DNA of 32,000 nucleotides. Source: a cyanobacterium endosymbiont of Braarudosphaera bigelowii (GTDB lineage Bacteria > Cyanobacteriota > Cyanobacteriia > Cyanobacteriales > Microcystaceae). The first letter of the stretch is position 1. The number at the start of each line of letters is the position of its first letter. The position numbers were made by a program, and so were the translations under genes. Below, in pieces: positions 1 through 11,192 of this stretch. The notes below the pieces were generated by a model, which was given only the letters and a program-made list of their open reading frames with translations, searched no databases and was not told the DNA's origin. Location of the stretch: positions 420,001 through 452,000 of the forward strand of contig NZ_AP024987.1 of assembly GCF_020885515.1 (NCBI RefSeq). Reading direction: 5' to 3'.

Positions 1-224
1 TACAAAAAACAAGTTGTTATTATTATTTCATATAGGATATATTAATAGTTAATAGTCATGTAATATTAATATATAGACATTTCAAATTTCATCCGTACAA
101 TCATAAGATTTTTTAATAAAAGTAATTAAATGTCAAGATACTATGTATCGACCTAGTGTCAACTCTTTTTTAAAACTGATACAACTTACACTCATTTAAA
201 AAATTAAAGGTTTATTCGTAGATT

Positions 225-3200
225 ATGGTTTTTTCTTCTCTCATTTACACTTTACAAAAATCTTCTCTTATTAAGGATCTATCGCAGCAACTTAAAGTAA
301 AAAATGAGTTGAGACTAAAAGGAATTAATCGTTTGTCAAAAGGATTAATTTCATCAGTTATTTCACAAATAAATAATCAGAATTTAGTAGTCATATGTGC
401 TACTTCAGAAGAAGCGAGGAGATGGACAAAACAGTTAGAAATTATGGGTTGGAAAACTGTCAATTTCTACTTTGTTCCAGAAACTTCTCCATATGAGGAA
501 TTGAATATTGAGAATGAGATAATATGGACACAAATGCAAGTTCTTTCCAACCTTTTTAAAGCGAAAAAATCAGAAAACAAAAAGTTTGCTATTGTTACTA
601 CTGAAAGATCCTTACAACCACATTTACCATCTCCATCAACTTTTTATGATTATTGTTTGAATTTTAAAGTAGGAATAAAAATGTGCTTCACTGATCTCAG
701 TAAAACATTCAGTGAACTAGGATATGAAAAGGTTAATTTAGTTGAAAGAGAAGGAGAATGGAGCAGACGAGGAGACATTCTAGATATTTTTCCGGTTTCA
801 TCAGAAATTCCTATACGTTTAGAATGGCTTGGAGATGAATTAGAAAAAATTCGAGAATTTGATATATCAACTCAACGTTCACTAGGTGAAGCAGAGCAAG
901 TTTTATTAACTCCTATTAACTTTGATGCTATCACAAAAAATATTATTCAAGTAAATACCTGTAATTTAGATAATTGCATTTCAGAAAAAGAGCCAAAAAA
1001 TCTAAAAGACCATAATTTTTCTCTAAAAGTTCAACAACTTTTAGACACTACAGTTTTAAAACCTGCCTCCCTATTTGATTATTTATCTTCTGATACACTT
1101 TGCGTCTTTGATGAAATTGATCAATGCAAAGCTCATAATCACCGATGGTTAGAGTATGTTGAGAGAAGCTGGAATGAGAAACAAAGTAAGTTGCCGAAAG
1201 TTCATCGTTCTTTTGAAGAATCTTTTTTGTTAATCGAAGAAATACCCAAGCTGTATTTATCAGAACTATCTGAAGTTAATGACACAAATTCTTTTAATAT
1301 AGAATCTCGCCCTATTCCTGTTAATCCCCATCAATTTTCTAAAGTAGCTGAAATATTGAGGGGGAAGAGAGAAATTTATAGTGGAATAAATATAAATAAA
1401 TATTCAGTATGGTTAATCTCAGCACAACCTTCGCGTACTGTTACTTTATTACAGGAACACGATTATTTTGCTCAATTCATTCCTAATCTCAGAGATTATC
1501 CTGCAATTAAAAAATCTCATACTCAAGGTATGGCAGTTGCGTTGAAACATTCTGGACTAGTTAGCTTGGAAGGTTTTATTTTACCTATATTTCGAATTGC
1601 AGTAATTACTGACAAAGAATTTTTTGGACAAAGCATCTCGGGATCTTCAGAATTTTTTAAAAAACGTCGTCGCTCAACTTCTAAAAAAGTCAACCTGCAA
1701 AAACTTCATGAAGGTGATTATGTAGTTCACAAGAGTCATGGTATTGGTAAATTTTTAAGACTAGAAAACTTGTCAAATCGTGAATATTTAGTTGTTCAAT
1801 ACTCTGATGGAGTTTTGAGAGTACCCGCTGATTCTCTCGATAATTTACTACGGTATTCCTCTGTAGATTCTACAACTCCCAAATTACATAAAATGACAGG
1901 AAAAGATTGGAGTAAAATTAAACAAAAGATCCGTAAAAATGTTAAAAAATTAGCATTTAATCTACTTCATCTATATGCAGAAAGAGCCAAAAAAAAAGGA
2001 TATTCATATCCTACTGATTCTCCTTGGCAACAAGAGCTTGAAGACTCTTTTCCTTATCAACCAACACCTGATCAATTACAGGCTATTAGAGAAGTTAAAA
2101 TAGACTTAGAAAGCGTTAGGCCTATGGACCGTCTCATTTGTGGAGATGTTGGTTTTGGCAAAACAGAAGTAGCTATTAGAGCAATTTTTAAAGCTGTTAC
2201 TAGCGGCCATAAACAAGTAGTTTTTTTAGCACCTACTACAATCTTAACTCAACAACATTACCATACTCTTCAGACAAGGTTTTCTCCCTATCCTATCAGT
2301 ATTGGTCTATTAAATAGATTTCGTACAATTTCAGAAAAAAAAGATATTATTGAACGTCTAACTACTGGAGAATTAGATATTGTAGTAGGAACACAACAAC
2401 TTTTAGGAAAAAATATAAATTTTAAAGACTTAGGATTATTGGTAATTGACGAGGAACAACGCTTCGGAGTTAATCATAAAGAAAAAATTCGGACAATTAA
2501 AGCTAATGTAGACGTTCTCACCTTGACTGCAACTCCTATTCCCAGAACTCTTCATATGTCTTTATCAGGAATAAGAGAAATGAGCCTAATTTCTACACCT
2601 CCACCATCTCGTCGTTCTATTAAAACTCACTTATCTAGCTATGACTCAAACCTAGTAAAAGTAGCCATTAGAGCAGAACTTGATCGTGGTGGTCAGATAT
2701 TCTACGTTGTTCCCAGAATAGAAAATATTGATAAATTAGTTACTCAGCTAAAAGAGATGATTCCAAATGCCAAAATTTTAATTGCACATGGACAAATGGA
2801 TGTTAATAATTTAGAAATAACTATGTTAAATTTCAATAATGGAGATGCTGATATTCTAGTTTGTACAACAATCATTGAATCTGGACTGGATATTCCCAAA
2901 GTTAATACAATTATTATTGAAGATGCACAAAAGTTTGGACTGTCTCAACTATATCAGTTAAGAGGGAGAGTCGGTAGATCAGGTGTTCAGGCCCATGCTT
3001 GGTTATTTTATCCAAGTAAATCTGAATTGACTGACAATGCGCTCAAAAGATTGAATGCATTACAAGAGTTTAGTGAACTTGGTTCAGGTTATCATTTAGC
3101 AACTCGTGATATGGAAATTAGAGGAGCAGGCAATTTGCTTGGAGCAGAACAATCTGGACAGATGGAAGCTATAGGTTTTGAGTTGTATATGGAAATGTTA

Positions 3201-3698
3201 CAAGAAGCTATCAGAGAAGTTCAAGGGGAAAAAATACCTGAAGTAAAAGATACTCAAATAGATTTAAAGTTAACTGCTTTCATCCCTAATGACTATATAT
3301 CTGATATTGAACAAAAAATAACGGCATATCGCACAATTGCAGTTGCTACTTCTAAAAAAGAATTGGATATTATTGCTGCTGAATGGACTGAGCATTATGG
3401 AACAGTGCCACACCCTGTACAACAATTATTTAAAGTAATTGAATTAAAACAACTGGCTAAGTCTCTAGGCTTTTCTCGTATTAAGATGGAAGGAAAAAAC
3501 TCTATAGTCTTAGAAACTCCAATGGAAGAGCCTGCTTGGCATATTTTAAAAAACAACTTACCAGAACATCTACAAACACGCTTTGTTTATAACTCTAAAA
3601 AAATTATAGTTAGAGGACTCGGAAATCTAAATCCGCAGAAACAACTCGAAAGTTTAGTAAAGTGGTTCAAGGTCATGCAAGAAAGTGAAAATAATTAG
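225..3698 (+). CDS. mfd: Transcription-repair coupling factor Mfd
   Basis: 1157-aa ORF. Superfamily-2 helicase motifs [11 protein letters not shown] (Walker A) and VIDEEQRFG (DExx box). The CarD-like segment HKSHGIGKF and the length are typical of Mfd. Confidence 0.95.
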   Translation: MVFSSLIYTLQKSSLIKDLSQQLKVKNELRLKGINRLSKGLISSVISQINNQNLVVICATSEEARRWTKQLEIMGWKTVNFYFVPETSPYEELNIENEIIWTQMQVLSNLFKAKKSENKKFAIVTTERSLQPHLPSPSTFYDYCLNFKVGIKMCFTDLSKTFSELGYEKVNLVEREGEWSRRGDILDIFPVSSEIPIRLEWLGDELEKIREFDISTQRSLGEAEQVLLTPINFDAITKNIIQVNTCNLDNCISEKEPKNLKDHNFSLKVQQLLDTTVLKPASLFDYLSSDTLCVFDEIDQCKAHNHRWLEYVERSWNEKQSKLPKVHRSFEESFLLIEEIPKLYLSELSEVNDTNSFNIESRPIPVNPHQFSKVAEILRGKREIYSGININKYSVWLISAQPSRTVTLLQEHDYFAQFIPNLRDYPAIKKSHTQGMAVALKHSGLVSLEGFILPIFRIAVITDKEFFGQSISGSSEFFKKRRRSTSKKVNLQKLHEGDYVVHKSHGIGKFLRLENLSNREYLVVQYSDGVLRVPADSLDNLLRYSSVDSTTPKLHKMTGKDWSKIKQKIRKNVKKLAFNLLHLYAERAKKKGYSYPTDSPWQQELEDSFPYQPTPDQLQAIREVKIDLESVRPMDRLICGDVGFGKTEVAIRAIFKAVTSGHKQVVFLAPTTILTQQHYHTLQTRFSPYPISIGLLNRFRTISEKKDIIERLTTGELDIVVGTQQLLGKNINFKDLGLLVIDEEQRFGVNHKEKIRTIKANVDVLTLTATPIPRTLHMSLSGIREMSLISTPPPSRRSIKTHLSSYDSNLVKVAIRAELDRGGQIFYVVPRIENIDKLVTQLKEMIPNAKILIAHGQMDVNNLEITMLNFNNGDADILVCTTIIESGLDIPKVNTIIIEDAQKFGLSQLYQLRGRVGRSGVQAHAWLFYPSKSELTDNALKRLNALQEFSELGSGYHLATRDMEIRGAGNLLGAEQSGQMEAIGFELYMEMLQEAIREVQGEKIPEVKDTQIDLKLTAFIPNDYISDIEQKITAYRTIAVATSKKELDIIAAEWTEHYGTVPHPVQQLFKVIELKQLAKSLGFSRIKMEGKNSIVLETPMEEPAWHILKNNLPEHLQTRFVYNSKKIIVRGLGNLNPQKQLESLVKWFKVMQESENN

Positions 3699-3784
3699 TT
3701 TTAAATCATTTGATAACTTTTCTTAGTTTACATAAATCTCGTAATACTAATTATTTAGTCTAAGCTTATTACCGTAAGACAAAA

Positions 3785-3812
3785 ATTCCTCAAAAAATAT
3801 TTTTTGAGGAAT
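3785..3812. terminator. Perfect hairpin between convergent mfd and ndhJ (possible bidirectional terminator)
   Basis: attcctcaaaaaa-ta-ttttttgaggaat is a 13-bp perfect inverted repeat with its G/C pairs at the stem base. No U-tract follows the stem on either strand, so it is not a canonical intrinsic terminator. Confidence 0.4.
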
Positions 3813-3840
3813 CAAACCGCACATAATTACATTATCTAAT

Positions 3841-4380
3841 TTAGTATGCGTCTTGTAACTCGTAAAAGTTGGGAGAAATATAATCTTTCCGCAAAGGCCA
3901 ACCAACCCAATCTTCTGGCATTAAGATTCTTTTTAAATCAGGATGATTATCATAAACTATCCCATACATATCATAGTTTTCTCTTTCTTGCCAATCAGCA
4001 GCTTTCCAAATCCAGTATACAGAAGGAACATGGGGATTATCTCTTGTTAGAAATACTTTAAGGCGCAGTTCCTGAGGTCTATCAATATTATCTGCAACCT
4101 TAATTAGATGATAAAAACTAACTAGTTCTTTTCCTGGACCTAAATCATAGGCTCCTTGACATTGTAAATAGTTGAATCCATAAGCATACAATGCAGTAGA
4201 CAAAGGAATTAGAAATTTTGGTGATATTCCAATCATTTCTATTCCTAAGTGATCTACTCCTAATATTTTATGTTCAAAACCATTTTTCGTTAGCCAGTTA
4301 GAAGTTGGTCCCGGTTGTAAAGCTGTTGATTCTTGCTCGTCTTGAGAAGCTTGTCCTTTTGCTTTTTTTTCTTCAGTCAC
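3841..4380 (-). CDS. ndhJ: NAD(P)H-quinone oxidoreductase (NDH-1) subunit J
   Basis: NuoC/NdhJ family sequence ([33 protein letters not shown]). I place the start at GTG 4380, 8 nt after a GGAGGA embedded in the ndhK stop region, which gives 179 aa. The ORF-track start at 4407 is a TTG that overlaps ndhK. Confidence 0.9.
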   Translation of the reverse strand: MTEEKKAKGQASQDEQESTALQPGPTSNWLTKNGFEHKILGVDHLGIEMIGISPKFLIPLSTALYAYGFNYLQCQGAYDLGPGKELVSFYHLIKVADNIDRPQELRLKVFLTRDNPHVPSVYWIWKAADWQERENYDMYGIVYDNHPDLKRILMPEDWVGWPLRKDYISPNFYELQDAY

Positions 4381-4381
4381 T

Positions 4382-5125
4382 TTACATATCCTCCAATTGC
4401 TTTTCAATAGCTAAAGTAGATAAATTTTCAGCCCCAAATACTTCATTCAACTCTTTAGGCGGATTTTGACGAGTTTCAGTAGCTAAATATTTACCAGTTA
4501 ATATTGGAGAAACTATTTTCATATTGTGTGGGGCACTATAATAACGATGAGTTTGTTCCATAATAGTTGCTCTTTCCTGAATTGTTTCATTAGAAACTTT
4601 TTTGCGTAATTTAATTACAGCATCAAAAATTGCTTCGGGGCGAGGAGGGCAACCAGGAATATATACATCTACAGGAATTAATTTATCTACTCCACGTACA
4701 GTAGTTGTAGAGTCACGGCTAAACATTCCTCCAGTAATTGTGCAAGCACCCATTGCAATAACATATTTTGGAGAAGGCATCTCTTCATAAAGACGCACTA
4801 GAGCAGGAGCCATTTTCATAGTTACAGTTCCTGCAACTAAAAGTAGATCTGCTTGCCTTGGACTACATCGAGGAACTAAACCAAAACGGTCAAAATCGAA
4901 ACGTGAACCAATCAGAGCAGCAAACTCAATAAAACAACAAGCTGTACCGTATAATAATGGCCATAAGCTGGATAAACGAGCCCAGTTATGTAAATCATCA
5001 ACGGTAGTTAAAATAATGTTTTCTGATAAATCTTGGGTTATTTTACCAGGAGCAATAGGATTAAGAATTTTTTCTTTTTGCGATTGCTCTATGGTTGATA
5101 AATCTGGTGTTAGGTTCGGACTCAT
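4382..5125 (-). CDS. ndhK: NDH-1 subunit K (NuoB family, Fe-S cluster N2-binding)
   Basis: [16 protein letters not shown] and IPGCPPRPE cysteine motifs of NuoB/NdhK. Sits between ndhC and ndhJ as in the conserved cyanobacterial and plastid operon. Confidence 0.95.
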   Translation of the reverse strand: MSPNLTPDLSTIEQSQKEKILNPIAPGKITQDLSENIILTTVDDLHNWARLSSLWPLLYGTACCFIEFAALIGSRFDFDRFGLVPRCSPRQADLLLVAGTVTMKMAPALVRLYEEMPSPKYVIAMGACTITGGMFSRDSTTTVRGVDKLIPVDVYIPGCPPRPEAIFDAVIKLRKKVSNETIQERATIMEQTHRYYSAPHNMKIVSPILTGKYLATETRQNPPKELNEVFGAENLSTLAIEKQLEDM

Positions 5126-5177
5126 AAGAACTCAATTATAGTCAATGTACAATATTTTCGAGAGATGCCCTAAGGTC

Positions 5178-5540
5178 TTAAGACCATTCTAGTGCACCTT
5201 TTCGCCAAGCATAAACTAGCGCAATGACGAGAATAGCTATAAAGATAAGGGCTTCCATAAAAGCTAATAAACCTAGGCTACTGAAAGCTACAGCCCAAGG
5301 ATATAGAAAGACTGTCTCTACATCAAATACAACAAACACTAAAGCAAACATATAATAGCGAATATTGAATTGTATCCAGGCACCTCCAATAGGTTCCATC
5401 CCAGACTCATAAGTAGTTAGTGTTTCAGGACCACCATTGCTAGGGCGTAAAATTTTTGATGCAGTTAAAGCTAGAATGGGAATTAAATTACAGGCAATTA
5501 GAAAGCCAAGTAAATATTCGTAACCGCTGAGGACAAACAC
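5178..5540 (-). CDS. ndhC: NDH-1 subunit 3 (NdhC/NuoA)
   Basis: 120-aa three-TM protein beginning [14 protein letters not shown] and containing YESGMEP, typical of NdhC. GTG start at 5540 with AGAGGAG 13 nt upstream. Confidence 0.93.
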   Translation of the reverse strand: MFVLSGYEYLLGFLIACNLIPILALTASKILRPSNGGPETLTTYESGMEPIGGAWIQFNIRYYMFALVFVVFDVETVFLYPWAVAFSSLGLLAFMEALIFIAILVIALVYAWRKGALEWS

Positions 5541-5678
5541 TGTTTTCGATCAACTCCTCTGAAAATATAGTTTATATTATTGCGTTCATACTTTCTATTA
5601 AACCTCAAATTCTGCCCAAATAAACCTCTAAAGATATTTTTAATTTTAGTTAAATTTTTAAAAAGATACTTATAGTGA

Positions 5679-5692
5679 ATATATATATATAT
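5679..5692. repeat. (AT)7 dinucleotide microsatellite inside a 30-bp quasi-palindrome
   Basis: Read directly: tatagtgaa-(at)7-ccactata, with tatagtg/cactata flanks complementary (5671..5700). Confidence 0.6.
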
Positions 5693-5841
5693 CCACTATA
5701 AAACTAAAATTTACTTTCCTTTTAGACAAATATTTTTTGTTAATTGCATAATCGTAAGTGCAATATAAGTCGTATTGTAAGTATTCATTACTATTAATTG
5801 CTAAGATGTAAGTTCTCGTAAAGTCTATTTGCTAAAACCAT

Positions 5842-6345
5842 TTACTTTGGTAATTTTTTCTTAAAGTTTTCCAAACCTTTCCAGTAATTATTAATTGAAA
5901 TCGAACTTTTTTTATCAATACTTACTGGTATTTGACAATCATTGCTACATAATTTTCTCAAAGGTACGGATAATGATAGTTGTTCATACATCCAAACCTT
6001 AGGATCGAAATATCCTTCTGATGATAGAGTCTCAGAAAAATCTTCTACAATCAATTCTTTTTCTTGAATAAACTTTTGATTAGAGTTCGAACTTTTGTTT
6101 AACCATATATTTTCAAATGTTTTAAGGTTAAGGCGATAATTGTATTGTTGAAGACAGCGATCACAGATTAAATTTATTATCGTCTCTCCCTCAATACTAA
6201 TCTCTAAAAAAGTTCCTCCATGTCTAATCATCATTACTCCACGGAAAGGAGTTAAAGTTACTAACTCGGTAATAAAGTTATCTAATATAATAGTTTGAGT
6301 TTTTTGAGAAAATTGGAGTACATGAGGAATATATATTTTTTTCAT
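5842..6345 (-). CDS. DUF177 / YceD-like protein (ribosome-biogenesis associated)
   Basis: 167 aa with two Cys pairs, CDRCLQQY and CSNDCQ, spaced as in the DUF177 family. Assigned by motif recognition only. Confidence 0.7.
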   Translation of the reverse strand: MKKIYIPHVLQFSQKTQTIILDNFITELVTLTPFRGVMMIRHGGTFLEISIEGETIINLICDRCLQQYNYRLNLKTFENIWLNKSSNSNQKFIQEKELIVEDFSETLSSEGYFDPKVWMYEQLSLSVPLRKLCSNDCQIPVSIDKKSSISINNYWKGLENFKKKLPK

Positions 6346-6385
6346 AGTCTTATTTTTTTACGAAAAATTATCTACTTGTAAAATA

Positions 6386-7150
6386 TCAAAATCTAGAACT
6401 ATAGCCTAAAGATATAGCTCCAGAATATAAGTTGATTGTCGTCATAGTTTTTGAAACTTGTGAAGAAATTTCCAAATTTCCTTCAGAGTTAACCCCACTA
6501 ATTATTCCTTCGAAATTTTTAATTATGGTTTTATATCCTATACCATCTAATATTTCCATATAATTTTTCAGTAATACTTCAATTCCTGAAACTAAGTAAT
6601 ATTGATAACCAGAAATTATTGCTTCAATGACGATAGCGGCAAGATGTTCTATTGATATTATTCGATGTTGGTATGATTGAAGATTGATTCCGTTTTCTGG
6701 TACCATGTTAGACCAATTAATACCTATTCCAATAATTCCCTGAGTAATGATATTATCTCGAATTTTGATTTCACTTTTTATACCTCCTAATTTTTGATGC
6801 TCAATAACTAAATCATTAGGCCATTTTAATTTCACAGGAAGTTGATAATTTCTTAATTTATTGGCTATGCTCCAAGCACTAAATAATGTAATGTGAGAGG
6901 CATTTTTTGCAGCAATCTTTAACTCACATCCTATAGATAGATAGAGTCCTCCGGGCAAAGAGCACCAATCTCTACCCCATTGTCCTTTTCCTTTAGTTTG
7001 TTCAGAAGCTATAATAACAAAGAATCCCAACTCTTTCTTTTTCATTAAATTCCAAGCTACAGCATTAGTAGAAGAAACTCTATCAAAAACATATATTGGA
7101 TAAGAGGGTTTCTTAATATAAGACTTAATTTCTTCAACATTAATTTTCAT
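6386..7150 (-). CDS. birA: Biotin-[acetyl-CoA-carboxylase] ligase (group I, no HTH domain)
   Basis: GKGQWGRDW matches the biotin protein ligase G(R/K)G-x-xGR-xW signature. KWPNDL motif present. At 254 aa it lacks an N-terminal repressor domain. Confidence 0.85.
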   Translation of the reverse strand: MKINVEEIKSYIKKPSYPIYVFDRVSSTNAVAWNLMKKKELGFFVIIASEQTKGKGQWGRDWCSLPGGLYLSIGCELKIAAKNASHITLFSAWSIANKLRNYQLPVKLKWPNDLVIEHQKLGGIKSEIKIRDNIITQGIIGIGINWSNMVPENGINLQSYQHRIISIEHLAAIVIEAIISGYQYYLVSGIEVLLKNYMEILDGIGYKTIIKNFEGIISGVNSEGNLEISSQVSKTMTTINLYSGAISLGYSSRF

Positions 7151-7400
7151 TTAATTAGGTTTTAAAATATATAAATACTGCAGTCTCTTTTGATTTAAAG
7201 TTGTGTTTTATAGACTTTATAAAAAAATGGGTTTAATAAATATAAAAATTCTAACAATTGAAGACTTATTATATATTTATTTAATTGCAATTTTGGCTAT
7301 GTACTTAATTACAGTATATAAAATATTTAGATTAAGTTAATACTAAAACATTTACGGATAATTTTTTTATTTAGGTACATTAACTCAATGTAGAATCTTT

Positions 7401-7430
7401 TTGACTTACACTAGATACATAAATTACTAT
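7401..7430 (+). promoter_or_regulatory. Candidate sigma70-type promoter for the TPR gene
   Basis: TTGACT (7401..7406), 18-nt spacer, TACTAT (7425..7430), about 23 nt before the GTG start. Such matches are common in AT-rich DNA. Confidence 0.25.
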
Positions 7431-7452
7431 CAATAAATTTAGAAACTTTATT

Positions 7453-8304
7453 GTGCCCAACAGAAATATATTACTCTCATTTTTTCTTACTCTAGGAATA
7501 TCACAGTTTAGCATTCCTGCTAATGGACAAGTGTTGTTGCCTTATACTCCACAATTAGATATGGAGCAACTCGAATTACAAGGATTAAAAATGGCCGAAG
7601 AAGCTTCTCAACTAGTACGTTTTCAACAGCATGATCATGCTTTGTCACGTGCAAAATTAGCTGTTCAGCTAGCCCCACAAAAGTATCAACCTTGGTTTAT
7701 TTTAGGAACATTATACGTAATGAAACAAGACCTAGATTTAGGTATTAACGCTTTAAAAAAATCTTTAGATCTCGAGCCAAAAGAAATAACAATTAAATTC
7801 ACTTTGGGTAATGCATATTTTCAGCAAGGGAAATATCAACTTGCAGCTATTGAATTAGAAGAAGGATTAGAGATTAAACCGAATACCTCTTCTGCTCAGT
7901 TTGATTTGGGTAATACTTACTTTAAATTAGGACAAATGCAAAAATCAATGATTGCTTATCAACAGGCAGTGGCTGCACAAGTAGACTTTTGGCCGGCTAT
8001 CAATAATATTGGCTTAATTAAATATGAACAAGGAAATAAAGAAGAGGCAATAGCACAATGGAGAAGAGCATTGAAAATAAATTCTGAACAAGCAGAACCA
8101 AAATTGGCACTAGGTGTTGCTTTGTATTCTCAAGGTCAAAAAGAACAAGGTATACAGTTAGGAAAAACTGCTCTTAAGTTGGACCACAAGTATCGCGATT
8201 TAGAATATTTACACGAAAATCTTTGGGGAAAAAAGCTGCTTAAAGATACACAAAAATTTTTAAGTGAACCAGAGGTCGATATCTTTATTAATCAGTTGAA
8301 ATAA
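7453..8304 (+). CDS. Secreted tetratricopeptide-repeat (TPR) protein
   Basis: N-terminal hydrophobic signal-like segment ILLSFFLTLGISQFSIPANG. Repeated 34-residue units with G-N-x-Y/A-x-x-A-L patterns (LGNAYFQQGKY, LGNTYFKLGQ). GTG start. Confidence 0.75.
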   Translation: MPNRNILLSFFLTLGISQFSIPANGQVLLPYTPQLDMEQLELQGLKMAEEASQLVRFQQHDHALSRAKLAVQLAPQKYQPWFILGTLYVMKQDLDLGINALKKSLDLEPKEITIKFTLGNAYFQQGKYQLAAIELEEGLEIKPNTSSAQFDLGNTYFKLGQMQKSMIAYQQAVAAQVDFWPAINNIGLIKYEQGNKEEAIAQWRRALKINSEQAEPKLALGVALYSQGQKEQGIQLGKTALKLDHKYRDLEYLHENLWGKKLLKDTQKFLSEPEVDIFINQLK

Positions 8305-8671
8305 AATTGAAATGAGATGATATACAGTTATATCAAATATTAAAAGCCTTAGATTATTTAGATTTAATTACATATCATAGATTACTAAGTAAATTTTTTA
8401 TTCAATTATCTAATCAAATAAAAAAAATTAAATATAAGTCTTTTATAAGCTTATCAAATTAACGAAATATGTAATAAAAGGTTATAGTTTCTGAGACCTT
8501 ATCATATAAGTATTTTATTGATTAAATTTAGCTTTAAATTATACATATAAGTTTGATATATAATACTTTATATATCTAAAAATATACTGATTAATTGTTC
8601 AAACATATGTAATTTAGGACAGTCTGATAATTAATAGTTTTAAGCTTTATAAATGTAATTTTATGGAGCTT

Positions 8672-8705
8672 AAAAAGGCCATAAAGTAGTTATTCTACTT
8701 TATGG
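8672..8705 (-). terminator. Rho-independent terminator of the ferritin-like gene
   Basis: ccataaagtag-ttatt-ctactttatgg is an 11-bp perfect stem. On the minus strand it is followed by CCTTTTTA. It lies about 100 nt downstream of the stop at 8807. Confidence 0.6.
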
Positions 8706-8806
8706 ACCCTGAACACATATATAAATATTTCAGCTATTTACTTTCTACTTTAGAAGTGAACTTTTGAAATAGAAAACAAAATAAGTTTATTGAGTCATCT
8801 AGAATA

Positions 8807-9241
8807 TTAGACATAGTCTCTTAACATTTTTTTCAACTCTATATTGTGTACTTCTTCTTGCCCAATCATACCTCTTGTAAATTCTTCAATATAAATTGAA
8901 GCATCTTCAACTATCTCTAATAACTCTTTATATAGATCTAGTGCTTTTTTCTCATGATTAAGACTTTCTACCAAGATAGTATGTAAAGTATGTTCATGGC
9001 TTTCTTCCATAGTAGCAATTTTTAGGCTTGGATGTCCTTCTAAGCCGGTTAGAATTTCTCCAACTTGTTGTGCATGCAACAAAGATTCGGTTGCTTGTTG
9101 TTGAAAAAATTGAACGATTGGGATACGATGAGGGCCTGTAACCATCAAAGAGTAGTGGGTATATCGTACAACACCAGCTAGCTCATATTCCATAATGGTA
9201 TTAAGAAGTTCGTTTGTTTTGTCTCGATTAAGTGTTCTCAT
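8807..9241 (-). CDS. Ferritin-like di-iron protein (bacterioferritin/Dps superfamily)
   Basis: 144-aa four-helix-type protein with a ferroxidase-centre ligand pattern: E (MEYEL), ExxH (ATESLLHAQ), E (HEKKAL), ExxH (QEEVHNIE). Confidence 0.75.
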   Translation of the reverse strand: MRTLNRDKTNELLNTIMEYELAGVVRYTHYSLMVTGPHRIPIVQFFQQQATESLLHAQQVGEILTGLEGHPSLKIATMEESHEHTLHTILVESLNHEKKALDLYKELLEIVEDASIYIEEFTRGMIGQEEVHNIELKKMLRDYV

Positions 9242-9576
9242 ACTTTACCTGCTGAAGGATCTAACTTTTAATGGCAGCATTCTAACTTATTAGGAAGGGT
9301 TCGTAAAGTTCTTTGTGTTAAGTCAAGCTCTAAGAGAAAAAATCTGTAAAGTAATTTTATCTTAATTAAAGCATAATTCTTTTTATTGAAAAATTTAATG
9401 AAGAAAAACAAATTATTTAACAAATGTAAAATATAATTAATTTGCTATCTAAGTATTAAGTTAGCATATATAAAAACTATAATATTCAACGTTTAAATTT
9501 TATTTTAACAAAGTTTAAACTTAGTACTTACGAACACAGCATTCTATTATAAAAGTACATTGATTTTTATCTTCTG

Positions 9577-10800
9577 ATGTTTTCAACAAATACTATGGAT
9601 CATTCTAATTGGCTATACAGAGGAACTGCTGAAATATTTCCTAATCAAGACAACTCAAATAGTTCTGAAGGAAATCTAGTAAACTTCTTACAAGATTTGA
9701 ATCGTCCCTTAAGAGTTAAACTGGGGATAGATCCAACTGGAAATGATATTCACTTAGGGCATAGTATTCCCTTTCGAAAGTTACGTGCTTTTCAAGATGC
9801 TGGTCATACAGCAGTAGTCATTATTGGAGACTTTACAGCACAGATAGGAGATCCAACTGGTAAATCAGAAGTACGTAAACAACTTAGCCCAAAACAAGTT
9901 GAAAAAAATGTAGAAAGTTATTTAGAACAATTACATTCAATTTTAGATTTTAATACTCCAGGAAGATTAGAAATCAGATATAACTCTGAATGGTTAAATA
10001 AGTTAAATTTTCATAAGGTTCAAGAGTTACTATCTACAATGACTGTGAGTCAAATGTTAGCAAAGGAAGGATTTTCTGAACGTTATAAAAAAGAAAATCC
10101 AATTTTTCTTCATGAATTTCTTTATCCACTTATGCAAGGATATGATTCAGTGATCATAAATGCCGACATTGAACTAGGAGGAACAGACCAAAAATTTAAT
10201 ATTGCTATAGGTAGAGATTTGCAGAGATATTTTGGGCAAAAGCCCCAATTTGGTTTATTACTCCCTATTTTAACTGGAACGGATGGTAGCCAAAAAATGT
10301 CAAAATCTCTTGGAAATTATATTGGATTAAAAGAAGATGCATTATCAATGTATTCTAAAACAGAAAAAATTCCTGATAACTTAGTACAAACTTATTTTGA
10401 GTTATTAACTGATTTGAATCTTAATGATTTGCCAAAAAATCCAAGAGAATGTCAAAAGTTATTAGCCATAGAAATTACTTCTCATTATCATGGAAGAAAA
10501 AAGGCATTATTAGCACAAGAGACAGCAGAAAGTCTCATTAAAAATAAAAACACCTTATCAAAAGATAATATCGCTGAATATAATTTATCTGAAGTAACTT
10601 TTCCTGCCAAATTATTTTATATTCTAAGTGCTAGCAAATTATGTGTAAGTAGTGGAGAAGGGCGAAGACAGATTCAAGGAGGAAGTGTCAGATTAGAAGG
10701 GGAAAAAATTCTTGATATTAATATTGTTTTTGAAAATCCTGAACAGCTTACTAACAAGATTTTACAGGTAGGAAAAACAAAGTTTATAAAATTAGTTTAA
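9577..10800 (+). CDS. tyrS: Tyrosine-tRNA ligase
   Basis: Class I signatures HLGH (DIHLGHSIP) and KMSKS ([10 protein letters not shown]). C-terminal S4-like domain ([19 protein letters not shown]). Confidence 0.93.
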   Translation: MFSTNTMDHSNWLYRGTAEIFPNQDNSNSSEGNLVNFLQDLNRPLRVKLGIDPTGNDIHLGHSIPFRKLRAFQDAGHTAVVIIGDFTAQIGDPTGKSEVRKQLSPKQVEKNVESYLEQLHSILDFNTPGRLEIRYNSEWLNKLNFHKVQELLSTMTVSQMLAKEGFSERYKKENPIFLHEFLYPLMQGYDSVIINADIELGGTDQKFNIAIGRDLQRYFGQKPQFGLLLPILTGTDGSQKMSKSLGNYIGLKEDALSMYSKTEKIPDNLVQTYFELLTDLNLNDLPKNPRECQKLLAIEITSHYHGRKKALLAQETAESLIKNKNTLSKDNIAEYNLSEVTFPAKLFYILSASKLCVSSGEGRRQIQGGSVRLEGEKILDINIVFENPEQLTNKILQVGKTKFIKLV

Positions 10801-11192
10801 TCATAAATAGTTTATATTTTTTCTAAAGAGTAGACTCACCATATTTTTTATAAAAAGTCAATGTTTAGAATCTAATTGTTTTTTTTAGTAATAGTTGTAA
10901 GAATTATTACTTAATTTCAACTATGGATCATACAAAGATTAATTTGTATGATCAAAAATTTACTTTCAAATATTAATAGTATAAGCAAAATTTACAAATA
11001 TCTACTATTAAAAAGATTTTTTTTCATAACTTAAATAGCTAGATCAAGCATGAAAATTATGAAAATAGGTTTTCTCATTCAAAAGGTATTTCTTATGTGG
11101 TTAATACTTTATTATTTCAATGCCAAAGTATAACTATATCAATAGGATAAATCACTTTTCAATTTACGTTAATAATAAACTTATATAACTTT

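Noticed and set aside
3846-4061. 71-aa plus-strand ORF. The same class includes the ORFs at 4602..4790, 14285..14644, 16751..17032, 20527..20727, 21700..21894, 22112..22324, 22188..22382, 23308..23502, 23643..23837, 24572..24796, 24661..24885, 25616..25861 and 26574..26879.
   Set aside because: All lie antisense to, or out of frame within, strongly supported conserved genes (ndhJ, ndhK, pyrG, glmU, spoT, Rieske, hupS, hupL, radical SAM). They have low-complexity or odd composition and no recognisable motifs. They are shadow ORFs.
4381-4407. TTG start at 4407 for ndhJ, as given in the ORF track.
   Set aside because: It overlaps ndhK by 26 nt, lacks an SD, and adds a non-conserved-looking peptide. 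GTG 4380 has a GGAGGA at ideal distance.
10926-10953. 11-bp perfect hairpin (gatcatacaaa-gattaa-tttgtatgatc) about 125 nt downstream of tyrS, considered as a terminator.
   Set aside because: No U-tract follows on either strand and it is distant from the stop codon. The structure is real, but the assignment as a terminator is unsupported.
11050-11133. 27-codon hydrophobic ORF (MKIMKIGFLIQKVFLMWLILYYFNAKV), beginning with a 9-bp tandem atgaaaatt/atgaaaata.
   Set aside because: No SD and no resemblance to known small photosynthetic or NDH subunits. Hydrophobic peptides arise readily from T-rich DNA.
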